A stretch of DNA of 64,000 nt. It comes from an uncultured Acidobacteriota bacterium (GTDB taxonomy: Bacteria; Acidobacteriota; Thermoanaerobaculia; UBA5066). The stretch is taken from positions 672,001-736,000 of the forward strand of contig CAVZYA010000001.1 in the NCBI GenBank assembly GCA_963779415.1. The letters are read 5' to 3'. How positions within the stretch are numbered: position 1 is the first letter of the stretch; each line of letters begins with the position of its first letter. The position numbers and the translations under genes are program-made. Below are positions 1 through 8,917 of the stretch, piece by piece. Below the pieces are notes generated by a model. It was not told the DNA's origin. It saw nothing but the letters and a program-made list of their open reading frames with translations, and did not search any database.

Positions 1-1262
1 AAGTTCGTCATCACCAGGACGAAGAAGGCAATGCCGAGGACGAACAAGAGCCAGGGGGCGGTGCGGAACATCGTCAGCCAGTGCACGGCGACCCACTCGG
101 CCGCGCCGGTCTTCCAGAGGCAGAAGCCGATCGACATGGCGCCGCCGAACAGCAGGATGATGTTCCAGGGGATCGACTCGAGGTCCTCGACGGTGAGGGT
201 CCGGGTCATGAAGAACGCAATGGTGCCGATCAGCATGATGCCCGCGCGGTCGAGCTGAGAAAGGGCGGGCAGGAAAGACTTGAAGACGAAGAGCGCGACG
301 ATGGTCAGCACGGCGAGGATGACGAACTTCTCCTTGCCGCTCATCGGACCCAGCTCTCGCGCCAGGACCTTCGCCTTGTCGCGCAGGCCCGGAATGGTGG
401 CGCGCTCGGGCCTGAGGAAGACGATGATGACGACCCAGATCAGGAAGACCATGATCCAGCCCAGGGGCCCGAGGTATTTCGGAAGCTCGAAGAACCCGAT
501 GTCGCTGCCCGTGAACTCCTTGTACATGCCGGCCGCGGCCACGCCGCGCGCCGAGCCGAGGAAGGTGATGATCGAGCCGGCTCCGGCGACCCAGGCCATC
601 CCCATGAACAGCCCCTTGCCGAACCGGGTGGGCTTGCCCGAGTCGTCGTAGAGCCCGTTGATGGCGAGCAGGAGGGGGAAGACGGCCGCGGCCACCGCCG
701 TGTGGGCCATGATGTGAGTCATCAGGGCCGTCACCACGAAGCTACCGAGCAGGATCATGCTGGTCCGCTCGCCGACCAGGGTCAGCATCCTGTAGGCCAT
801 CCGCTTGGTCAGGCCCGAGCGGCTGAACGCCAGACCGATGACGATCGAGCCGAAGATGAACCAGACCGACGGGTCCATGAAGTCGCTGAGCGCGTCGTGA
901 GTCGGGCGGATGTTGAACAGTACCTGCACGAGGCCGATGGCGATGGCGGTCACGCCGATGGGCATGACCTCCGTGACCCACCACGTCCCGGCCATGAGGA
1001 AGAGGCCGGCGGCGAGCTTCCCCTGCCAGGAGAGCTTGAAGACCTTGCCCCCTGGGTCGACCGCGTCGGGGAGGCCCGGCAGGAAGTAGAAGACGACGAA
1101 GATCCCGATGCCGAGGAGGATCCAGGTGACGCGCCGCCAGTCGATCTTCGGCCGCTTCGGCGCGACCACGATCTCCGCCGGCATGGGCGGGAGGCCGGCC
1201 GGCGGGGCCTGGGCGCGGGGGGTGGCGGCGGATCCGCCGTCACCGATGGTCGAGGTTGTCAT
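1..1262 (-). CDS. DASS/SLC13-family (sodium:sulfate/dicarboxylate) symporter, 3' end runs off window
   Basis: Not in the ORF track. Manual translation from ATG at 1262: MTTSTIG...AGTWWVTEVMPIGVTA...FMDPSVWFIFGSIVIGLAFSRSGLTKRMAY...IPWNIILLFGGAMSIG, a typical SLC13/DASS pattern with many TM helices. Confidence 0.8.
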   Translation of the reverse strand, partial: MTTSTIGDGGSAATPRAQAPPAGLPPMPAEIVVAPKRPKIDWRRVTWILLGIGIFVVFYFLPGLPDAVDPGGKVFKLSWQGKLAAGLFLMAGTWWVTEVMPIGVTAIAIGLVQVLFNIRPTHDALSDFMDPSVWFIFGSIVIGLAFSRSGLTKRMAYRMLTLVGERTSMILLGSFVVTALMTHIMAHTAVAAAVFPLLLAINGLYDDSGKPTRFGKGLFMGMAWVAGAGSIITFLGSARGVAAAGMYKEFTGSDIGFFELPKYLGPLGWIMVFLIWVVIIVFLRPERATIPGLRDKAKVLARELGPMSGKEKFVILAVLTIVALFVFKSFLPALSQLDRAGIMLIGTIAFFMTRTLTVEDLESIPWNIILLFGGAMSIGFCLWKTGAAEWVAVHWLTMFRTAPWLLFVLGIAFFVLVMTN

Positions 1263-1276
1263 CTGATCCCCCGCGG

Positions 1277-1786
1277 CTAGCCCTCGGGGAGGGCGGCGGT
1301 GATCGCGTTGTAGGCGTCGTCGAGCCGCACGATGCCGGCGACCTGGTTGCCCTCCATGGCCGCGAGCGCGGGGACTCCGTCCGCGAGCATGAGGCTCGCG
1401 GCGTGCGTGAGCGTGTCGTCCACGCGGACCGTCGACTTGACCGGCACCATGAACTCCTTGACCGGCGCCGCGGCCGCCTGCGCGCTGGCCTTGAGGTCGC
1501 TCCAGAGCGCGGCCAGCTCGGTCGGCTCGGCCGTGGGCCACCCGCCGGCGGGCTGCTTCGTGAGGAAGCGCGGTTCCAGGCCCCGGAGGATGTTCTCGGG
1601 CCTGAGGAGACCGAGGAGCTGGTACTTCTCGTCGAAGACCAGCACCAGCCGCGGCGAGGGCGGCTCGTCGTCCATCTCGGCGATGCGGAGCAGGGTGATG
1701 GCTTGTCGCAGGCTGAACCAGTACGGCATGTGCGGGTACTTGGTCAGAGGGACCATGGAGTCGCGCACCGCGGTCTTGTGTGGCAT
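1277..1786 (-). CDS. CBS-pair domain protein
   Basis: C-terminal part of ORF 1277..2872. ATG at 1786 follows GGAGG; VRDSMVPLTKYPHM...LVFDEKYQLLGLL...VKEFMVP...VAGIVRLDD. Confidence 0.8.
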   Translation of the reverse strand: MPHKTAVRDSMVPLTKYPHMPYWFSLRQAITLLRIAEMDDEPPSPRLVLVFDEKYQLLGLLRPENILRGLEPRFLTKQPAGGWPTAEPTELAALWSDLKASAQAAAAPVKEFMVPVKSTVRVDDTLTHAASLMLADGVPALAAMEGNQVAGIVRLDDAYNAITAALPEG

Positions 1787-1812
1787 CAGGGACCTCCTCG
1801 GGACCGTGATCC

Positions 1813-3564
1813 CTACTTCAGCACCAGCAGCAGGTAAATCGACGAGATGATCATGCTCATGAGCATGAACGGCATGCCCACCTTGAGGAACGCGCGGAAC
1901 GAGACGGGGTAGCCGGCCTTCTCGAGAAGCCCGGCGGTGACGATGTTGGCGCTGGCGCCGACGAGCGTGCCGTTGCCCCCGAAGCACGCGCCCAGGGAGA
2001 GCGCCCAGAAGAGCACCATGTTCTCGGCGCCCGGCAGGTTCCTGGTCATGTAGGCGACGATGGGAAGCATCGTCGCCGTGAACGGGATGTTGTCGATGGC
2101 CGCCGAAAGGATGGCCGACACCCAGGCAATCACGAGGATCGCGACGACCAGGTTGCCGGCGGAGACCCCGAGCACAAAGTCGGCCACGACCTGCAGGATT
2201 CCGGCCCTGGCCGCGGCGCCGACCACGATGAAAAGCATCATGAAGAAGACGAGCGAGGACCACTCGACGTCCTTTTCCAGGATGTGGACCAGGTCTTTCT
2301 TCGAGATGGCCAGCAGTACCGCGGCGCCGACGAGCGCGGCCACGCTCACCTCCATGTGCAGCGCGCCATGGAGAATGAACATGCCGATGACCATGGCGAG
2401 CACGCCGAGCCCCTGCCACATGAGCTTCCGGTCGGTGATGGAGTAGCGCGCCTCCATGGACACGAACATCCGTTGCAGCTCGGTCTCGTCGAGCTGGGCG
2501 GCCCGGTACTCCTTGCGGTACCAGAGCTTGGTCATCAGGGCCTGCGCCACCATGACGATGATGACGACGGGCGTCAGCTTTGCGACGAAATCGTTGAAGG
2601 TCAGCCCCGCGAACGAGCCGATCATGATGTTGGGCGGATCGCCGATGAGGGTGGCCGTGCCGCCGAAGTTCGAAGCGAAGACGAGCGGCAGGAGCAGGGA
2701 GAAGGGGTGCAGCTTCAGGATCACGCAGATCTCGATGGCGACCGGCGTGAGCAGGAGCATGGTGGTCACGTTGTCGAGGAAGGCCGAGACGATGGCCGTG
2801 ACGAACATCATGATCACGGAGAGGACGTAGACCTTGCCGCGCGCCACCTCGAAGCTCTTGAAGGCGAGCCACTGGAAGAGGCCCGTGTCCTTGAGGATCC
2901 CCACGATGATCATCATCCCGAAGAGGAGGAAGATGACGTTCCAGTCGATGGCCCGCATGGCGTCGGGGAAGGTGATGACGACCCAGTCGGGGCTAACGTG
3001 GCCGGCGGTGTAGGAGAGCACGAGGAGGACACTGGCGCCGAGGAACGCCGCCAGGGTGCGGTGCATGACCTCGGCGGCGATCAGGACGTAGACGGCAAGG
3101 AGAGCGACCAGGGCCACCCAGAAGGCCGCCGACCATGTCCGGTCGAGGGCCACGTCCAGGTGGGCCACGTACGCGGCGGCTGGCCCCGGCTGCCGGTGGA
3201 GCCCGGGCACCTCCACGGGCCCAAGACGGCGATAGGTGGTCCGCTCGAAGACCAGGGTGACGCGGGCACGGGCCGCCTGGGCGGCCGGCAGCTCGAAGTC
3301 CAGGCGGTAGCTTCCGTCGAAACCACTCAAAAAGCCGCCCGGCGACGACGTGACCGGCGTGCCGTCCACCAGCGCGGTGATGCGGCAGCCGGCAACCGCC
3401 TCCTTGTGCCGGTCGTTCACGGCGCCGATGAGGGTGATCTTCGCGCTGGCGCCCCCGGCCTGCGATGCGGGTGGCGTGACATCGTTCGCGGCGACCCCGT
3501 GACCGCCGAGCAGAGCCACCAGGAGCAAGAGGCCGCCGCCCACACTCCGCCAGCCGATCCGCAC
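1813..3564 (-). CDS. ArsB/NhaD (IT superfamily) anion permease with N-terminal exported beta domain
   Basis: Signal peptide, then about 110-aa soluble domain, then SAFLDNVTT, SNFGGTATLIGDPPNIMIG, SAAIDNIPF and GGNGTLVGASANIV motifs. Confidence 0.85.
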   Translation of the reverse strand: MRIGWRSVGGGLLLLVALLGGHGVAANDVTPPASQAGGASAKITLIGAVNDRHKEAVAGCRITALVDGTPVTSSPGGFLSGFDGSYRLDFELPAAQAARARVTLVFERTTYRRLGPVEVPGLHRQPGPAAAYVAHLDVALDRTWSAAFWVALVALLAVYVLIAAEVMHRTLAAFLGASVLLVLSYTAGHVSPDWVVITFPDAMRAIDWNVIFLLFGMMIIVGILKDTGLFQWLAFKSFEVARGKVYVLSVIMMFVTAIVSAFLDNVTTMLLLTPVAIEICVILKLHPFSLLLPLVFASNFGGTATLIGDPPNIMIGSFAGLTFNDFVAKLTPVVIIVMVAQALMTKLWYRKEYRAAQLDETELQRMFVSMEARYSITDRKLMWQGLGVLAMVIGMFILHGALHMEVSVAALVGAAVLLAISKKDLVHILEKDVEWSSLVFFMMLFIVVGAAARAGILQVVADFVLGVSAGNLVVAILVIAWVSAILSAAIDNIPFTATMLPIVAYMTRNLPGAENMVLFWALSLGACFGGNGTLVGASANIVTAGLLEKAGYPVSFRAFLKVGMPFMLMSMIISSIYLLLVLK

Positions 3565-3576
3565 GTCTACCGGAAA

Positions 3577-3591
3577 GCAAGTACCACGCCC
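3577..3591 (-). promoter_or_regulatory. Putative sigma54 -24/-12 promoter
   Basis: Minus strand GGGCGTGGTACTTGC (GG-N10-GC); near-identical to the element at 17441-17455. Confidence 0.55.
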
Positions 3592-3654
3592 GAAGGGCTA
3601 ACGTCCTCAAGTGATTGAATTTCTGTCGGAATCGCCCGCCGGAGCCCCTCCGGT

Positions 3655-3674
3655 TGTTACCGTCTCTTCCCAGC
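3655..3674. promoter_or_regulatory. Putative activator-binding site, copy 1
   Basis: TGTTACCGTCTCTTCCCAGC is 19/20 identical to 17519-17538, and both lie exactly 78 nt from their sigma54 element. Confidence 0.6.
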
Positions 3675-3725
3675 CGGCAAAGAAGGGCCGTGCCTGGCGA
3701 GACTTCCCCCTGGCCTTCCAGTTGA

Positions 3726-4160
3726 TCAGGAGTCTGGAGTGCGGCCGCCCCTGCCTTCAACCTGGCTCTTGAGCTCCCGGTTCTCGCGCACGAGCGCCTG
3801 GAAGCGCAGGGCCTTGTCGAGGGCAAGCAGGATCTGCTCCTTGCGGAACGGCTTGGTGATGAAGTCGACGGCGCCGCGCTTGAGCGCCTCGGCCGCCGAC
3901 TCCTCCGACCCGTAGGCCGTCATGACCAGCACCGCGATGTCGGGGTCGCGCGCGTGCACTTTCGCCAGGAGATCGAGGCCGTCCATGCCGGGCATCTTGA
4001 GGTCGGTCACGATCGCGTCGACTCTCTCGTGCCCGAGGATCTCCGCGACCTCGAGCGGATTGTTGGTCGCCAGGACCTGGTGCTGGGTGTGGCCGCGGAT
4101 GAGGGTGCGCAGGAGCGCCAGCATGTCGGGTTCGTCGTCGACCAGGAGGATGCGGGCCAT
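3726..4160 (-). CDS. Single-domain response regulator
   Basis: ILLVDDE...TDLKMPGMDG...MTAYG...FITKPF; no output domain. Confidence 0.9.
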   Translation of the reverse strand: MARILLVDDEPDMLALLRTLIRGHTQHQVLATNNPLEVAEILGHERVDAIVTDLKMPGMDGLDLLAKVHARDPDIAVLVMTAYGSEESAAEALKRGAVDFITKPFRKEQILLALDKALRFQALVRENRELKSQVEGRGGRTPDS

Positions 4161-4175
4161 GGGTCACCTCGCGTT

Positions 4176-6392
4176 TCAGGGTACCGGCTTTTCCGGCGCC
4201 GGCAGGAGGGAGACGAGGAACGTCGTGCCGGGCGGGCCGCCGGAGTCGCCCGCGGGGCGGGTCTCGAAGGAGATGGTGCCGCCGAACTTGGTCACGATGG
4301 CGTGGCTGACCGACAACCCCAGGCCGGTCCCCTCGCCGACCTTCTTCGTGGTAAAGAACGGCTCGAACACCTTGTCGGTGTGCTCGCGCGGGATGCCGCA
4401 GCCGGAGTCGGAGAACGCGATCTCCACCAGCTTGCTCAGCGGGCCGAGGCGGGTGCTCACCGTCAAGGCGCCGCCGTCGGGCATGGCCGCCATGGCGTTG
4501 TTGGTGAGGTTCATGAAGACCTGCTGGAGCTGGCCCGAGTCGGCCCGGGCCCGCGGGAGGCCCTCGGCCAAGTCGAGCTTCAGGTCGATCCGCCGGGTCT
4601 TGAGAGCGTGGCCGAGAATCTCGAGGATGGCGCCGACGTCCTGGTTCACGTCGGTCCGGTCGCCGGCCTTCTGAGGAATGCGCGCGAACGCCAGCAGGTT
4701 CTCGACGATCCGCTTGCAGGCGAGCCCCTGGCGCTCGATGCGCATCAACGTCTCGCGCAGCTCGCTCCCCTCGGGCGCGGACTCGAGGAGCACCTCGGTG
4801 AAGCCGAGGATGACGGCGATCGGGTTGTTGATCTCGTGGCCGACGCCCGCGGCCAGGCGGCCCAGCGAGGCGAGCTTCTCGGTGCGGTAGAGGACCTCCT
4901 CGAGCCGCTGGTGCTCCTCGATGTCGTGCGCGACCAGGAGGACACGGTCCGCCGGGCCCTCCTCGGGCAGGGGGACGAAGTGTCCGGCGAGCTGGTAGTC
5001 GCGGCCACGCGCCTTGATGGTCAGGTGGGCGTCGAGGCTCCGCCCGCGATCGAGGGCCTGGTGCACGTGGGCGAGCAGAGCCTGCGCGTCGGCGGGCCTG
5101 AGCAGGTCGGAGAGGGGCTGCCCCCAGAGATCGGGCGCCTCCGCCCCGAGCGCGGTCGCGGCGAAGCGGTTGATGGCCTGAATACGCCCGTCGGGGTCGA
5201 CCACGACGATGAACTCGCGCACGCTGTCGACGACAGATCGGTACTTCTCCTCGGCCCGGCGGAGCGAGGCGTTGGTGGCGAGGAGGTCCGAAGTCGCGCG
5301 CTTGACGCGGGCCTCCATTTCGCGCGACCAGCGGCGCTCGTGCCAGACGAGGGCCATCCCGGCGAAGACCAGGGCCAGCACCAGCACCGCCTGGACGAAG
5401 AGCTGGCGAACGTATGTCGAGCGGACGGTTCGTGCCACCTCGGCCGCGGGCACGACGGCGGCGACAGACCAGAATCGGCCCGGTTCGATGGTCACCGGCG
5501 AGAAGGCCACGTACTTCTTCACCTCGCCGCCCGTCTGGCCGAGGTGCCAGTCGGAGATGTACCACGAGGTCCCCTCCTCGCCGCGCAGCATCCGCGTCTT
5601 CTGGATCTCGTCGATCCGGTCGAAACGCGTTCCGGGGCTGCGCTGGTGGCGGGCTGTGGAGGCGTCAAGGCCGACCAGGGCTTCATCGGGGTGGTAGAGG
5701 AAGCGGCCGTCGTCGGCGAGAGCCCAGGCGTAGGCCGAGTGCTCGTCGCGGGCGCCGGCCACGTGGCGTCCCACGAGCTGGTCGAGCCGCAGCCGCACGG
5801 TGAGGACGCCGCCGAAGGCCCCCGGGGCATGCGGGTGCGACGGGTCGACCGACTCCTGGTAGACCGGTGTGCCGACCTGGAAGGTGGGTACCAGGGCGCC
5901 TGCCTGCCGCTCGACCTCGACCGGACCGTGGTGGAAGCGGCCCTTCACGGCCGGGTCGCGCGCCCAGGCGAGCATCGCCGATGCCGGCCCCGGGCCGGGC
6001 TCGGTGCGGGCCGTCCCGTCGGCGGTCACCAGGCTGCTGGTAGAGCCGTCCGCGGAAGTGCGGCGGATCTCCAGCGCGCCATACTGTCTCAGCTCCTCCA
6101 TGCCGATGCGCATCCGGTTTGCCCAGGCCACGTCCTCCAGGTACTGAACCGATGGCGAGTAAGCAAGCGTTTGGAGCTCGCGGCGGATGTGGTGCAGGGA
6201 ATCGCTGACCTGGTGCGCCAGGCTGCGGGCCACGATGAGCTGCTGGCGCGTCAGGTCGTCGGCGACGATCTGCTCGGTCCTCTTGATCGAGACGAGCCCG
6301 ATCAGCAGGGCCACCACCAGCAGTACGGCGGTGGCGGCGCCCATGACGGTGACCACCAGCCGGAATGCCAGATGTTTCGCGAGGAGGCGCAT
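4176..6392 (-). CDS. Sensor histidine kinase (Cache-type periplasmic domain, PAS, HisKA, HATPase)
   Basis: Two TMs flank a periplasmic domain; AGVGHEINNP H-box, NLTNNA, DSGCGI, FFTTK, GTGLGL. Confidence 0.9.
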   Translation of the reverse strand: MRLLAKHLAFRLVVTVMGAATAVLLVVALLIGLVSIKRTEQIVADDLTRQQLIVARSLAHQVSDSLHHIRRELQTLAYSPSVQYLEDVAWANRMRIGMEELRQYGALEIRRTSADGSTSSLVTADGTARTEPGPGPASAMLAWARDPAVKGRFHHGPVEVERQAGALVPTFQVGTPVYQESVDPSHPHAPGAFGGVLTVRLRLDQLVGRHVAGARDEHSAYAWALADDGRFLYHPDEALVGLDASTARHQRSPGTRFDRIDEIQKTRMLRGEEGTSWYISDWHLGQTGGEVKKYVAFSPVTIEPGRFWSVAAVVPAAEVARTVRSTYVRQLFVQAVLVLALVFAGMALVWHERRWSREMEARVKRATSDLLATNASLRRAEEKYRSVVDSVREFIVVVDPDGRIQAINRFAATALGAEAPDLWGQPLSDLLRPADAQALLAHVHQALDRGRSLDAHLTIKARGRDYQLAGHFVPLPEEGPADRVLLVAHDIEEHQRLEEVLYRTEKLASLGRLAAGVGHEINNPIAVILGFTEVLLESAPEGSELRETLMRIERQGLACKRIVENLLAFARIPQKAGDRTDVNQDVGAILEILGHALKTRRIDLKLDLAEGLPRARADSGQLQQVFMNLTNNAMAAMPDGGALTVSTRLGPLSKLVEIAFSDSGCGIPREHTDKVFEPFFTTKKVGEGTGLGLSVSHAIVTKFGGTISFETRPAGDSGGPPGTTFLVSLLPAPEKPVP

Positions 6393-6393
6393 G

Positions 6394-8898
6394 TCACAGG
6401 GCCAGGTGGTAGCCGCCCGCGATGAACTCCCGGGCGAAATGCTGGGCCGCTGCGTCGGAGAACATCATCATGTCGAGCTGTTTTGCGGCCATCATGAGGC
6501 GCCCGAGGACGTCGAGGCGCTCCTCGAGCGCCGCGACGTCGTAGCCGTCGATGCGCGCGACCAGGAAGTCCGCCTGGCGCTGCAGGCGGAAGTCGACGTG
6601 GCGGAGCACCTGCGTAAGGAACTCGATGCGGCGGACCCGGCGCGTGATGTCCGCCCCGCCGCCGTAGAAGGTCAGGCTGACGTACGAGTCGTGGTCCTCG
6701 TGGAGGAACGAGTCAATCACCGCGAAGTGGAAGCCCATGCGGTTGGAAAGGTTGAGGTAGGACTCGGCGACCAGGGCGAAGTTCCGCTCCTCGAGGCGAC
6801 CACGAATGCTCGTGTCGGCGGCGGCGGACATGACCACCGACATGAACCCGCCGAGGTCCATCGGCTTGGGGCCCTTCCAGCCGGCCGCGACCACGCCGCG
6901 CCAGTACGCGAGGAACGGGCGCGAGAGGATGTCCTCCGGGGTCACGACCGCCCGGCTCGCGGCTTCCTCCTTGAGCCCCCGCTCGAGATCTATGACCCAG
7001 ATGTCCAGCGGGATGTTGCTCTTCAGGCGCTTGGCGCTCCTCGCCTCGGGGCTCCCCTCGGGAACCTCGAAGAACGAGCGCATCGCCATCTCGTGGGCGA
7101 AGCGAGTGACGTCGTGGAAGGTCTCACAGCGGTCGGGCCGGAAGTCGGAAGCGCGCGGATCGGTCAGGTTGAGCGGCACGACGTCCTGCAGCACGGCCTG
7201 GAGCGCGCGGTAGGGGCGGCTCCCCCGGATCAGGCTCCTGTCGGGCGCGGGCGCGGCCAGTAGCTCCTCGACCCGGCCCCGGTAGACGTTACCGTAGAAC
7301 GCATCGACGGTGACGGTCTCGCCCGCGGGCAGGAGCTCGCAGGCCCGCCGGGCGCCGAAGAGGGCTGGCAGGGCGGCCTCGCGCAGAACCGTGGCCAGGT
7401 GGCTCGTCGTCGAGCCTACCTCACAGACCACGGCACGGGCGCGGCCCAGGTGGACGGTGTAGTCCAGCGACGGGCTGCGGGCCACCAGCACGCAGCCCTC
7501 CGGCACCTCGTTCCCGTCGTCACACATGAGGTGGACCGGTCCCGCCGCGGCGCCCCGGCTGGCGATCAGCGCCCGGTCGACGAGCAGAGGAGCACCCTTG
7601 ACCACCGGTGGCTGGTAGGACGCCGGGCTGCGCACGCGAAGCGGCCGCGACTGGAGCAGAGCGAGCTGCCCATCCTGGCCGAGGGCCCACTCCATGTCCT
7701 GCGGGTCGCCAAGCAGCTCGCGCACCTGCTCCCCGAGGCGCACCAGCTCCTGTGCGTCCGCGGCGGACAGGGACGCTACGTGCCGCTGCCCGGCCGGCGT
7801 CGCGCGCACCTCGGTGCCGCCCTCGGCGAGGCACACCGCCATGCGAGTCTTGTCGCCGACCGCGACCTCGAGCTGTCCCGCGCGATTCACGCGCAGCACG
7901 TCCGGGCTGACGTCGCCGCCAACCGCCATGGTGCCGAGGCCCCAGACGGCGTTGATCACGCGCTCGCCCTCCTCGGGGCTGGCCGGGTCGACGCTGTAGA
8001 AGACGCCGGCGGCCCGAGCGTCCACCATGTCCATCACGAGCACCCCCATGCCCATCTCCTCGTACGAGTACCCGTGGGCGTTGCAGTAGTAGAGGGCGCG
8101 GGGGGTGAACTGACTGGCAAGCACCGTCTTGTACGCCGCGGCCGTCTCCTCGCGGGGCACGTTGAGGACGCTCTCGAACTGGCCGGCGAAGCTGAAGAAG
8201 CTGTCCTCGTGGATGGCGCTCGAACGGACCGCCACGCGCGCGCCGAGGCGCGTGGCGTGGCCGTCGATGGCGGTGCGCAGCTCTGGCGGGATCTCGGCCG
8301 CGACGATGCGTTGCCGGATGGCGTCACCCGCGCGGCGCAGGCTCTCCATGTCGCCGGCGCTGGTCCCGGCCAGCTCCTCCGCCACCAGGCGGGAGAGGCC
8401 CGCCCCTTCGAAGAAAAGACGCTGGCCGTAAGCGGTGACCACGAACCCCGACGGGACGGGCAGGCCCGCGCGCGCGAGGCGCCCGAGGTTGAGGGCCTTG
8501 CCACCGGCCTGGTGGGCGTCGTCGGGGATGGCTTCGAGTGGGAAGACCAGAGGACCCGGCTCGATCCGCGCCGGGTCGAGCCTCCCTCTCACCCGAGCGC
8601 GGATGCGGGCCACGACCTCATGCAGCTCGGTGAAGCGCCCGTCTGACAGCTCGACGAGCCCGTCCACCAGGCTGTCGACGTGCGCGCCGAGTTCGTCGCA
8701 CGACCCGCGGACGTAGGACATGTCGAACAGGTAGCCCTCGGAGGCCTTGGCCTGCAGGTCGCCAATGAGGGCGAGGACGGCGTAGTTCTCTCCGAGGAAC
8801 TCGCGGAAACGCGTGTAGCGGGTTGCGAGCGTCGAGCGAGGCCGCACGGTGGCGCCTTTGGCCGGCTGCTTCCGGTGCCATCGATCGAGCCACTCCAC
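6394..8898 (-). CDS. PEP-synthase/PPDK-like phosphotransferase (nucleotide-binding + phospho-His swivel domain + atypical C-terminal domain)
   Basis: GGKALNL, VAVRSSAIHEDSFFSFAGQFES, PQDMEWA...LLQSRPL, GSTTSHLATVLRE (catalytic His); no recognisable C-terminal pyruvate-binding barrel. Confidence 0.8.
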   Translation of the reverse strand: MEWLDRWHRKQPAKGATVRPRSTLATRYTRFREFLGENYAVLALIGDLQAKASEGYLFDMSYVRGSCDELGAHVDSLVDGLVELSDGRFTELHEVVARIRARVRGRLDPARIEPGPLVFPLEAIPDDAHQAGGKALNLGRLARAGLPVPSGFVVTAYGQRLFFEGAGLSRLVAEELAGTSAGDMESLRRAGDAIRQRIVAAEIPPELRTAIDGHATRLGARVAVRSSAIHEDSFFSFAGQFESVLNVPREETAAAYKTVLASQFTPRALYYCNAHGYSYEEMGMGVLVMDMVDARAAGVFYSVDPASPEEGERVINAVWGLGTMAVGGDVSPDVLRVNRAGQLEVAVGDKTRMAVCLAEGGTEVRATPAGQRHVASLSAADAQELVRLGEQVRELLGDPQDMEWALGQDGQLALLQSRPLRVRSPASYQPPVVKGAPLLVDRALIASRGAAAGPVHLMCDDGNEVPEGCVLVARSPSLDYTVHLGRARAVVCEVGSTTSHLATVLREAALPALFGARRACELLPAGETVTVDAFYGNVYRGRVEELLAAPAPDRSLIRGSRPYRALQAVLQDVVPLNLTDPRASDFRPDRCETFHDVTRFAHEMAMRSFFEVPEGSPEARSAKRLKSNIPLDIWVIDLERGLKEEAASRAVVTPEDILSRPFLAYWRGVVAAGWKGPKPMDLGGFMSVVMSAAADTSIRGRLEERNFALVAESYLNLSNRMGFHFAVIDSFLHEDHDSYVSLTFYGGGADITRRVRRIEFLTQVLRHVDFRLQRQADFLVARIDGYDVAALEERLDVLGRLMMAAKQLDMMMFSDAAAQHFAREFIAGGYHLAL

Positions 8899-8917
8899 TC
8901 GTCGCCCCGGTCCCGTG

